From contig CM082578.2 in the NCBI GenBank assembly GCA_040954595.2, forward strand, positions 14,104,304 to 14,168,303: a stretch of 64,000 bases of DNA, written 5' to 3'. The notes under the pieces were generated by a model. It made no database searches and was not told where the DNA came from. It was given only the letters and a program-made list of their open reading frames with translations. Positions 1 through 11,676 of this stretch are shown in pieces. Within the stretch, counting starts at the first letter, position 1. Each line of letters starts with the position of its first letter. The DNA comes from Balanoglossus misakiensis (lineage: Eukaryota; Animalia; Hemichordata). The translations under genes and the position numbers were made by a program.

Positions 1-143
1 ACACTTTCATATGTGGTCAATATGTTTATACTTAGTAACCTTTTACACACTACATAATAGTTGTACTAGTGAGGTGTTAGGGAATCATAACATAGACCAT
101 GCTGTTGGGTCTGTCTCAAAATGAAATGATATTGAATGCGTAC

Positions 144-3100
144 CTTGCAGAGAAAGTCTCGCAGGGTTCCCGTTGCATGAAACGTTCTGATTGCAAAGCC
201 ACCATTCTCACTGGCTGTCGCAAAAGTGACTGGGTAAATGAAAGGATGCTGGACTGTGGGTAATATTTTCAGAATGGCTTGAAGATCCTTGTCTGACAGG
301 AACTTGTCTGGACCAAAATCACTCTGAAATGATACAAGGGTGATCATAGATGCTCTTTTCATACCGAAATGAAAACAACAGCTCCAAGAGTTACCGAACA
401 GATAGTCAGTTCAGATACATGACAAAGTAAGTTCACTTACCCACGCCAGAACCTGTCTAACCTTTGGCTGCTCTTTGGGTTTGATTAGGAAATAGTGTTT
501 CCTTATCCTCCAGCCGGCTTCTTTGAGTGGTTCCACCACCTCCCAGTGGGGCTCCGATCTGAAGAACATCGACACAATCTGTAAGGCTATCTCTGCAAAG
601 AAAATGACAGCAAGAGAAGAATGATTTATACAGAAATGATCTCTTGATCACTCCCTAGATGGATGACATTTTTCCCCTGCATCAAACAAGGTTCCGCTGG
701 ACATGAATTAATAATGCAAACTGTAGTACGGCAACAAATATGAAGCATCCCCATACCACAGAGAGTTGCTTTGTGATTAGATGTTGCAGATCCATTAGTG
801 GCTCTGCTTTTTTCCCTCACATTAATTTGTTTTGCTTCATCCATTTTTCATCCCTTGAGAACAAGATACATGTACAATGTACGTAACTTCAAAATCCCAC
901 TGGACTGATAAATTGGACATACAGTCCGATCAGCTGCACAATATAAGTTCACTAGGCCTAAAGGATCACAAGCAACACTTCCAAAATAATATATACATGT
1001 ACAGCCATGGATTAACATTTGGCAGACCACTGTTGATTTTTCTAACCATAGAAACTGCAACAACACAGAAAGCATTAAATACTATTTTTATTTTCTCTCT
1101 CTCTCTCTAATACAAGTATTTTGGACGAGATCTTTTACACATGAATTGCTATTACTACTAGGACATCTATCCAAACATGCTTGATTGTGTTCACTGCTTT
1201 AACAAATCGTTCAAGGTTTTAGGATAGCCTCATTATTTTTCTAGACCACCGACTTCTTTGTACAAGGTCAAAATCAGCAGGGATGAACAAAACTGAATAG
1301 AGTGTCACATGGGACCTTGATTTATTATCGACAGTGAACTTTGTATTAACCTCAGAGTGAAGGCTGAATTGCAAATTACTTTCATTATTTTGCTACATTA
1401 AATTCTATGCTCTTTAATCATGTAAACAATTTCTGCATGTCTATTTTGTTATTCCCATCTTCAAATTTGACAATAAACTTGAAGTGAACCCTAAACTGCA
1501 TACACCTATGAAAAATATTTCATCTCATTCCGGCATTATATTTTTCCAAGCTAACATACAAATTACTACGATGACTTTAGTGTCTGATATTTTTATTTGG
1601 CGAATATGATCGACCTTCAATGACTGACTGATCATTTTATTCAGCCATATCAATTATTAACACACATGGAGTATTTGACTTGTCAGATTCTTTATATGTA
1701 CGTGCAATACTGTGAGAAACATTAACATTTATATATTACTTTCATGTGTTTGCTTGAAATGTCACTGTGACCTCACAACCCCTCAAATGACGAATCCAAC
1801 GACCTTTGACCCAATACGATCTCAAGTGGCACAATCAAAAAGAACAGAACTGCAGACTTACCGTGGAAATTTGATGAATAATTATTGATGTCTAGGAACT
1901 GTTTGACAAACAAGGAATTGGCCAATGCCAGATTGGCTAGTATGGTGTTCAGGTAAGTCTGTAGAGCTCTCTGTCTCTCAGCAACAAATTCTCTCTCCAT
2001 GTTTCCAAAAACTTTCTTTGGAGGGAGAGGAAGAGGAATGCCTGATATTTTCAGATTGTCATGGAGAGCTGCAAAATCACTGTATCTCCTGTTTATCTGT
2101 GAATGGAAAATGCAGAAAGGAAAGAAGGGAAAATGAGTTAAAGTTGCTCACTTTTGACATTCTTTTGGTTGATTTTGACAGATTGTTGCTCTGATGACTA
2201 TGACCGGTAAGTGCAGCTATATGTGAAAGAATTAATGTCCTACCATTTATGCACAATGTAACGAATATTAACTTTTCACAGATAATAGGTATAAGTTAAT
2301 ATTTCACATTGAGTATGATAGATCCTAATGGATGTGTATCACTGCTTTCTTTTTATCATTAAGGAATTTGTCACCTACCTGCCAACAGTTTTCTGTTGCT
2401 GGACCTCTTTGCACACGAATGACATAGTCCTGTGGAGATGTAAAATAAAAATTAAATTAAACTGAGCTAAAATTCCAAACATTCCTCTACTATGGTACTG
2501 ATTTGATGTTCATCTTAGCTTCCACTTTCTGTTTCAAGTTTGTCAGTAGCTTGAACGTTACAATGATCGTTCACCTTATGCTTTCAAATTTTCTGACTTT
2601 TCTTGTTTCCTGTTCTGTTTGTCTTGGTAAGTATACCGTAACCACATTTAGCGTGGGCGTTTTTGGAACTGAATTCATAGCTCCGCTTTTGTTAAATATA
2701 TACTGTGTACAGTGATAAAACTATTTGTTATATATATCCACGTCTGCAGTCACTGATATGGAAGAGACGCCGTTACATGTAATAAATAACTTTATGTGAT
2801 TTCGAAACAACCACAATTTCCAGCTGTTCATGCCAACACGATGCGAAAACTAGTGAACAGCATGCGGTCAGCAGGATGTACGAATGGTGTCGGCCCCATG
2901 TTCATAGTGACACACAAAACCTAAAAATGTGTGGCCCGAAATGACCCCTAGTTTGTCAGAAGTCTATGTAAACACACGCTAAGTCACCGTGAATGGCAAA
3001 GTGACAGACATGTCAAGAAACCGCTCTTGTGCCTTGCCTGTTCGGAGCGGTTGCCAAAGGGTGTCAAACAGAACGCAGCAAGCTATAGCTATCTACAGGG

Positions 3101-3406
3101 TACGGTGCTACAGAAGAATGTCTATCCTACAACGTGTTGTCATAAAAACACCTGTTTTGTACACGTCGTAACAAACGTTCAACAGTTGAAGTGTACTGAT
3201 GTTGTCATGTATGTAGCAAAGGCGGACGGAGTCCTTAGGAAATAAGACCGTTCGCCCTTACCATTTCTCATTTTAACGTACGCAATGAGGTGGTCATAAC
3301 TTACGATATATGTGTCCATATTTTGAGCAGCCTCTATGACAGCAGTCAGTGGAACTGTGTCGTCCAGCGTTATTTTCGCTGCCTTCTTTTTCTCAAACAG
3401 CGCCAT
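144..3406 (-). CDS. PXK: PX domain-containing protein kinase-like protein, 5' part (exons 1-5; gene continues past the left edge)
   Basis: Exons 3406-3305, 2429-2379, 2096-1862, 592-441 and 323-144, all GT-AG and phase-consistent. They give MALFEKKKAAKITLDDTVPLTAVIEAAQ..DYVIRVQRGPATENCWQINRRYSDF..LPPKKVFGNMEREFVAERQRALQTYL (PX domain), then EIALQIVSMFFRSEPHWEVVEPLKEAGWRIRKHYF and HPFIYPVTFA..GTLRDFLCK (start of the pseudokinase domain), which I recognise as PXK. Confidence 0.95.
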
Positions 3407-3424
3407 TTTCTCACATTTCTATTT

Positions 3425-3506
3425 GGGGGCGGAGTCCAATATCGTCGAATCTCGCGAGATTCTACCGAGACAGGAAAATCTTACCCTCGATTGCTAGAGG
3501 GCGCAG
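3425..3506. promoter_or_regulatory. PXK promoter: GC box, CCAAT, TCTCGCGAGA palindrome, CTCF-like site
   Basis: GGGGGCGGAG 3425-3434, CCAAT 3436-3440, 16-bp palindrome GAATCTCGCGAGATTC 3447-3462 and TTGCTAGAGGGCGCAG 3491-3506, all within 100 bp of the PXK ATG. Confidence 0.7.
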
Positions 3507-3924
3507 ATCATAACAGGTACATGCATTACCATGATTACATGCATGCGTTGCAATATTGATGCGAGACAAGTTTCCCACCATGGGGTTCGTATAAAACATT
3601 GAGAAAATGTGAACCAGATCTACAACTAAAACGTGTTGACCGCGCAGCGTCTAAGCAATTCTTATCTTCACTTCCCACACAGGTCAATAAGTGTTTGAAT
3701 GCATAGACAAAACAGTTTCTTACCAAACGAAATCTTCCAAGAAAGGACTAAAAAGAGAGCGACTTTGTCCCTTGAAGTGATCCGCCCTCCACTTTGAAAT
3801 GTAGTGAATACGTCAACGCCTCCACACAGAAAACCAGAGATTGAAACAAACAGCTTCTTCGAATTCACGAATTAACCAGTTCAATGTTTCACGTTGATTT
3901 TGAAAGAATCAGTTGAACTGCAAC

Positions 3925-3990
3925 CAGCAACCAACCAACCAGCCAGCCAGCCAGCCAACCAACCAACCAAACAAACAAACAAACAAACAT
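3925..3990. repeat. Compound tetranucleotide microsatellite (CCAA/CCAG/CAAA)
   Basis: ccaaccaaccagccagccagccagccaaccaaccaaccaaacaaacaaacaaacaaac is directly visible. Confidence 0.9.
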
Positions 3991-4679
3991 ACAAACGAAC
4001 TATCAGTGCATTACACTCAAATTTCATTTTAATCTCGATAATGTACAATACAAATAAACTTGAGAATAGATACAAAGTACAATTAATTTACATGATGACA
4101 ACGGATACAGATTGTAAAACTGTTTCTTGTATATACGTAAATTAACCATCGTTTAAAATACACATCAGTTGTGATCGGAAACCACGAAGTATCTAACACT
4201 TATACTTCAAGTGCAAAGAATACATATTTACATAACGATCCACCTGCTCAAAACGTTAAAATCTAATAATTTCAATGCGAATGCTTTTCATCTTCACCTA
4301 TTAACGAGGAAAAGACTATAAGCTTATTGGTGTGCTTTTATCCGATCCCTTCAAAAATAGAACCAACGTCTCGTATTTGACATACGCTCTCAAAACCTTT
4401 CGTATCACTAAGAAGTCGACAGATGATAACAATTTTGAAATATGCTTGGTCTTTAAACGGGACCACATGACAACACAGAATTTCACACCCATGATAGTAG
4501 AAGTATACATGTACATTAATTATTAAATCAAATATATACTGTTTTAAAGTGATGCGAATGTTTATACATAGGTTCTTATGTAAACATACATACATGTATA
4601 ATGTACATGCATGCAGGCAGTGCATGCATACGTACATACAAGTAAATGGCGGGTAAGTTACGCAATAATACAACATTAT

Positions 4680-5816
4680 TTAAATGCCGTTATTCATGGT
4701 ATATGATAACATCTTGACTTTACTCTTATTATTGGAATAACTCAGTTCTGTAGATGTTGTGGACGACCGGGACATCATGTGCGTGGCGGTCGGATGTCTC
4801 TTGCCACCGCCAAAGCCGAATGCTTGGAGGAATGCACTCCTGTGCTTTGAGCTGAACACCTTGTACACCACAGGGTTGACAGCAGAATTGACGAACAGGA
4901 GCATCCAGCAAACACGTGTGAGGATTTCGAGCGATTGCAGGGGTAAAGGGATTTTCTGGAACTGCGATGCCAACATCGTTATTTCAATGATGGTTTTGAA
5001 GTGGTACGGGAATACACAGGCGAAAAACACGAATGACGTCACCACCAGAACGACTATCACCTGCTGCGAGTCGCGGGTTATCTTCGTTCCGAAATGTTTT
5101 CCTATGTTATTTTCTGTCGTGCTGATCGATTTTCTCATCTTCATCTGCCGAATTATCAAGGAGTACAGAGCACAGACTGTGAATAGCGACAAACAGAACG
5201 GCGTCATCTGTATGATCATCGATGCAATAAACATCTCAAGTTTATAAATTGTGCAGACCAGCACCGTGGGCACAGAAAACACCATAGCAATCACCCAAAT
5301 CAGGACTATCGTGACGCAGGCAACGTTTTTTCTAGCGAAACGCTTGATTCTCATCGGGTGACAGATAGCGATGTATCGTTCGATGCTCACCAGGGCTATG
5401 GTGAAAATAGATGCATACTGCGGCAGTACGGTTAAAATGTGAAGCGCAACACATGCCACCTCGGGATGGCTCGGGCGATGATGTGGAGGGAGCACGTAAT
5501 GGAGAAGGATGTCGTATGACGTCATTGAAATAAGGTAGATCAGGTCAGCGAAGCATAGGTTTAAGAGAAAGTAGTTGGTCACGGTGCGTATGAACGGAAC
5601 CCTTGCCCACACGAAGAGGAATAGCAAATTGGCCAACAAACCGAAGATTCCAATAGCTAAAGTGGCGTTGTTAAGGGCTTTCTCCAAAGCTGGGCTTATC
5701 ATACGCGGGCTTGGGAACAATGCAATCCAGGCTGTCGCGTTGGAGAAGACATCCGCAAGGGATTCATTTTGATCCTGATCGAAATCTGCAGGAAGTTTAG
5801 TAGGACCAGTTACCAT
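4680..5816 (-). CDS. Orphan class-A (rhodopsin-like) GPCR, peptide-receptor-like, single coding exon
   Basis: Seven hydrophobic segments; TM1 GLLAN, TM2 TNYFLLNLCFADL, TM3 ERYIAICHP, TM6 CVFPYH, TM7 NSAVNPVVY. First ATG at 5816 in a Kozak context (ACAATGG). An acceptor at about 5868-5870 implies upstream UTR exon(s). Confidence 0.93.
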   Translation of the reverse strand: MVTGPTKLPADFDQDQNESLADVFSNATAWIALFPSPRMISPALEKALNNATLAIGIFGLLANLLFLFVWARVPFIRTVTNYFLLNLCFADLIYLISMTSYDILLHYVLPPHHRPSHPEVACVALHILTVLPQYASIFTIALVSIERYIAICHPMRIKRFARKNVACVTIVLIWVIAMVFSVPTVLVCTIYKLEMFIASMIIQMTPFCLSLFTVCALYSLIIRQMKMRKSISTTENNIGKHFGTKITRDSQQVIVVLVVTSFVFFACVFPYHFKTIIEITMLASQFQKIPLPLQSLEILTRVCWMLLFVNSAVNPVVYKVFSSKHRSAFLQAFGFGGGKRHPTATHMMSRSSTTSTELSYSNNKSKVKMLSYTMNNGI

Positions 5817-8800
5817 TGTGATGTAGACGTCGGTCTTGTGTGAAAACCCAGGAGTACTCAATTCACCTAGAGCGAAAAAAAGAAAAGTCTATTAAAGAAA
5901 ATAATATGTTTGAAAATAATTTGGCCTAATCATTCTCTTATTTGTGGTATAGTAAGTAATGCTAAGAATCTTGGAAACAGTATTTGGGGAGATGTTCAAT
6001 AAGTAGGCCATACAGGCCCCGTCGCATGATCTGATTGTTACAATTATTTCTGGTCCACTGTGCCCGGTTACCAACTGGGTTTAACTAATGTCCTATATTT
6101 CAATCTAAAGGTCTTCTATTTCAATATTTTGCACCATAGAAACCCTTTGTTGTTTACTTTTTGCTGCCATCGTTCATTTGGGTTCACATTGTTTTGATTT
6201 CCTTGCGTTTCTCCAGTCTCATGGAAATACAGTACAACACCACCAGTTATTAGTCGCTCACTCAAATTAAATGTAAATTAATACACTACTTTAATGAATG
6301 CCCACTTCATCAAAATTACTTTTTGAATATCCATTATGTAAGAAGGTTCTGAGATCGATAAAATTAATAACTGCATTTTGCTAAATATGGAAACATTGTT
6401 GATTATGAAACTGTTTACAGCTGCAGTTTTCTAATACAATGTATATCAGAACCTTATTGACTTTAAAACCGAGATCGCGAACTTCAATATGTGTTAAAAA
6501 AATTCGATCCATGTTTCCAAAACGGCAACTAGCTCCAACATTCAAAATTAATGGACAATTGACTTCGCATTTTGGGATTGTGGCAACTGCGACACGCGTT
6601 TCGAAAGTGTAGATAACTTCAGTCCGTCAGTCAGTCAGTCAGTCAGAAAAGCTCGCAATTTCGAAGGTTGACAAATAACGAAAAAGTCAGTTTCGTCCGT
6701 TAATATTCATGTACATGTAAACGTACACTTTGCTCGCAAATCGAACCGGTATACTTACGTGACCGGAGAAAAAAGAACCCGATCCCCTCCACAGTTCCCA
6801 AACGAACGCTCGCTTTAAGATGCTTTTGACTGATGATTATCTGTTGTCTCTTTCTGAGCCTCGGTTCCTGTCATCCACATTTATAATCATGGTTAAATCA
6901 GACCACTCCCCTATAAAATTCATTAAAGTGACACGATTACAATGAAACACTCCACAGCCTCCCAACTGAGCCGGAAATAGTATTGCTTGTTTCCCCCTAA
7001 GATGATTTATATATCTCACCCTGTGACAATGATCAGTTTATAATTAATGATTTGCAGTGACGTTTGTCATGTGGATGAACACGTAAATGTGTCCATTTCA
7101 TTCCAAAGAAGCCTTATTATTTCTCGCATAATTGGCTGGTTAAACTTCCGTTTGCTGTCGGGGTTAAAACCGTGGTGTGGTTTTCAAAACGAAATGAATA
7201 TCCATCCTCGACACATGGATACGCTTTAATATCCTCCTGTCAAAGCACATGCTCCAATGTTAACGTAGTTATTTGACAGAATATATTACGGTGACAGAAA
7301 TTACTAGCTTTGCTGAGCATCAGTGAGCTCGTCTCTTCCAATTTCTGCCACTGTCATTTGTTTCGGCTTTTTGTCTCTGTCTTGACAGGCCTATCACAAG
7401 TGACCATAATTAATAGCAGTCCGATCGCCTATTGGCTAATTTGGACTGATTAGATTCGACGTGTTTTTTTCAGGCAATAGAAGTGAGAGTTGTCGATTCG
7501 CATCAGTGTTGAATAATATGGTCGAATATTCAATCAAACTATCTTTTCCTCAATTTTCTACTACGACAATCTGATTAAACAACACCTCAGAAAGGTGTCT
7601 TATTTCCGCAGTCATGGCGAGCTTTCGATTTCGAAAGCGAAAGTGTTGGTTTTACAGACGTTTATCCTTCATTATTGGTAGATCGGAAATACATTAACTA
7701 ATAATTAATGGCAAAGTGTTAATGGTCTACGGTGATTTTCACCACATGGTAGCCATTACGTCAGCCCGTCCTCATTACCCTATATTTGAATCGACGCCAT
7801 TAAGGCAGTATTATTTCGTCTAGTGAATCTTTGGAATCAGTGGCCATGTTCAGCCCGAGTCGCAGTGAGTGAACATGGACATAAACGTGGTGAATAAATC
7901 TGTGGCTTAGAGTTCTCCTGGGTACACGGGTGTTAATGGTATGAAACGGAAATTAACCAGTCTTCAAATTCTCGTTCTGTAAAACCCCATTCCATGGTAA
8001 GATATACGATTATGTGTATTTGTATCCGTCTTTACAAATCCGGGATCAGTTCGCATCGATGCGTCTCTCAAATCAGCTTAGCACATTTAGCTCTCAGTCA
8101 TCCTAAATTTTTAGTTACTCCCCTGGATAAATCCATCAAGAAGTATGTCAGTGGAATTTGCTAATGACGATAATCACGCGGCCACACAAAAGGTTTCTCA
8201 TCCTGGAGGCCATACTCTTTAGCTGGCTCACAAATCCCAACCATGCCTGTTAATACCACTGCGACAGATCGAACTTTTTCATTCGGCCTTGCTAAACATG
8301 TATGTGTGAACCTTTCCGACACATTCAATTCAATTTGATTCAATTATATTTTCATAGTAGGTTTATCTTGGGTACAATCTTCCATTGGCAATCTAAACTA
8401 AGGGCTATTTAGGGTTATTCGAGGTTCGCATTTAGTACATTGCCAGCGAGGGTTAGCCTACACTGTGTGCCACAGACATACCTCGCATTCTTTCGGCCCC
8501 GTCATCGTAAATAATGGAAGCTCCCTTAGGATTCTCGCCGAAGTAGATGAGAAAATGACACACGTTCGCGAGGTAATAAATTACCACTGATTGCCAGTTA
8601 TTGCGCTAAAGGTCGGCCGGTCACTCATTGGGAATGGGTGAAGTAGCTTGTTGCTGTTGTGCAGACCATGCCAGACTAGAATTGAGGTCTCTATATATAC
8701 GTCATGTCTTTTCTCTAAAGAATGCCATAGGGTGGTTTTTAGATAAATCGTTTAATAACTCAGTTCAAGACACCGATGATGCTGACTCGACAGTTTTCCT

Positions 8801-11468
8801 TATTCCCCAAATAACATAAATATCCTCAAATATACAGGATCACTAACATATCGTATTTTAAACACATTGATTCTGTGTGGATTAACATTTTCTCTGGAAG
8901 TGATCGTTTCATCACTGGAGAAGCAACAAAAAGAACAAGGTTGGTATTGCCGCAATACAGGGAGATCTGTATTAAATTTCAATAGGATAAACAGAGCTAT
9001 ATCTTAAAATTATACAATTCGGAAGATTAACATTCACATCACAGCTTGCGTTTATGCTTTACCAAGGCAACGCGTAAAACTTGGTCAAAAGTCGGGCCAT
9101 CGATCACGGTACTGCAACAAAAACAACAACAATCCGTCTGTTGATTGAATAATTCAATTCGCGTTCCTTTTTGATTACTTGAACCGTGTAATGTTACCTA
9201 ACAGAGGGTGATAACTGAACTTCGTTAACAAACGCCGACGATCACATTGTCTGATGAAGCGATCAAATTTGACGGCCACCAATCAGAAAGCTGGGAACTG
9301 TCGCCTTCGGTAATTCACGCAGTACAATGCCTCAGAAATAAATCTGTCGAGCAGATGATCAAGTAACTGCGATTGACTCCACCAATATCAAAGATTTGTC
9401 TCAATTAAAAAAACTATGCAAAGGCAACTCGCGAACGGGTACGATGGCGCCGTCTCACACAGTCAACAGGAAATTGTGTAAGTTTGCACGTTTTGTCTTC
9501 CTCGTTGGCTGCATCTCGGATCTGCATTCTCTTTGTGTCTTACTTTATTATTCAGAGTTTGACATTTAATTTTCCCCTGTGTGCGTCGATTCAACCACAA
9601 ACTAATTTGATGCACTAAAACAGAAGAGTGCCCAATGTTATCATGATCTCACAAACGCGTTGATTGTGTCGTTTGAGGTCAAACAGCAAGCCGACCAAGT
9701 AGAGGACATGGCAATAAAATCGAATGAACCGCCGTCATAACTAATACTATAGGACTTTAATTGCCGTTCTCATCGCAAGGCGTACTAGTAATTAGCCAAC
9801 ACCCAACGCTAGCAGCACATTAGTATACTAACGCAGGTTTTACTATCACTGCAAATGACCGACCCAAGGAGGAGGATTCCGTCCTATTAAATCAGAAACG
9901 AATTGGTTAATACTCCACGAATTCGAAGATAACGGATTCAGACGAAGTTACGAATGGGGCGTGTATCCCAACTATTGCATGTTTTGTGCGGTTTATTTTA
10001 GTTTGTCCTGTTCCTATGCGCGTACTTGACTATAGAATATAGCTGATTAACACTTTCGTTGACGTTTAGTAGCTAGGTCAGTGACAAAATTGGTCACGAA
10101 ACGGTATCTCTGCCTTAAGTGAAATACTTCTCACGTTTATTTGGCGCATGGCAGAACATTCAGCAAACCGAACAATAGAGTTTCTCGCGGGCTGTGGATG
10201 CAGACATGCGCAGGGGAGACTTTCGGCCTATTTTTGAAATTCTTCTGAAACACTCACAGGTTCAGCTGTCGTCAGCGTGAAACGTTTTGATATACTGTTC
10301 ATATATTTATCGGGTAAAGTCAACTGGAAGTCCTATCTCTGCAAGATCTAAACTTGGAAATTGCAGTTCATGAATCGCCAATTAGCAGTGATATGAAATT
10401 AGCATAATCATTGCCATCAAAGTAATTATCGTATTCGTCTCCGAAACACCTAATTTTCAAGTCTAATTATCTGGGTTGTGTCGACATTATTTCCTGCAGA
10501 AGGCCGTCAACTTAATAAGGGGTTAATAACTGTATTCAAAATGATCGATGTGATAGTGCCATCGGTGTTGGGCAAGGTAATTTTTTTCCACGTCTATAAT
10601 TACATTTCTGTCAGCTTTGGTCTTCTAGCCAATATCGCAACTTGCCGCTTGCACCGCGGGCTTTCTAGCTGTAGACCCGAAAAAAGTGTTTCTCTGAATA
10701 AGAGAACGGCGGGCGGTTTAGCATTATCGTTTGCGCACACTGTTTTGCAGTGTTATTCATGTAGAGTGTATGTGACATACATTTTATCATGGTAATCATT
10801 TTATGCACGGGGGGAATTACACGTTCACCGTGGACATTGTACTATGTTTGGCAGATCAAAAACATTGCAGACTGAGAACGAGCGGGTGCGAACACAATCA
10901 ATTCTGAACCAATATAAAAACTGTCATTTACTGTCTACATCCGATAGAATATTTTATCCACATTTGGTATCGGTGTATTTAAAACATGCCGTGGTATGAA
11001 GTCATATATTTGCAACGACACTAAGGGAATACAAACGCTGAATACTTGCTGACGACAACCGCGGTCCATAAATCACAAAACGAGAGGGCCCGAAATGTTG
11101 ATCAAGCGTCTGGACGTGTCTCCGCGCACAGGATTGCCGCGAGACGATACGGGCTCGTCTCGCGCCTACAAACACAGCACAGGAAAAGCCCACTTCTCCC
11201 TCGCCACGGTTACCATGGTTCGGGAAGGGAACAAACTCGCTCGTTGTACTCAAAATTTTGCAGGACGCATGTAAGAAAGCGTCAATGTAATCCTACTGTA
11301 GGCCTAGGCACGCAGCAACAATACTGCAAGCAGCCGCAACACACACGAAATGGTAAACTATAACAGATTTTACATTTTATCTGTGGCGGAAAAGTGCCGT
11401 TTGAAGACTTCGGCCTGAGGAGCATCGGTACTACCAGTCCATTAGGAGGAAATCGTTCTTTCCTTTAA

Positions 11469-11676
11469 ACTTACCTGATAGTATGAGTTTTCCGTTCTAC
11501 TTGCTGGAGTTCAATTTCTTCTGCGAGGTTTAAGATGCACGTAACAGCTACCGATGGAAACGGCGCAGCTCTCTCCTCAACAAGATGTGTCCAGCGACAA
11601 CAGCACCCACATCTTAAGTTTCTAGCCGTCCGTTGTAACCTGCTCCGAGCTCCGTTATATGCACTTGATGACGTCA
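11469..11676 (-). promoter_or_regulatory. Candidate promoter and first non-coding exon of the 4680-5816 GPCR
   Basis: Full CRE TGACGTCA 11669-11676, TATA-like CATATAAC on the minus strand at 11654-11661, and a strong minus-strand donor CAG|GTAAGT at about 11475. Assignment to the GPCR is inference. Confidence 0.4.

Noticed and set aside
4759-5247. Antisense ORFs over GPCR coding regions (also 40627-40923 and 59698-60033)
   Set aside because: Expected shadows of hydrophobic coding sequence on the opposite strand.
6751-6770. ATACTTAC resembling the U1 snRNA 5' end
   Set aside because: The downstream sequence does not match U1; it is simply a minus-strand splice-donor word.
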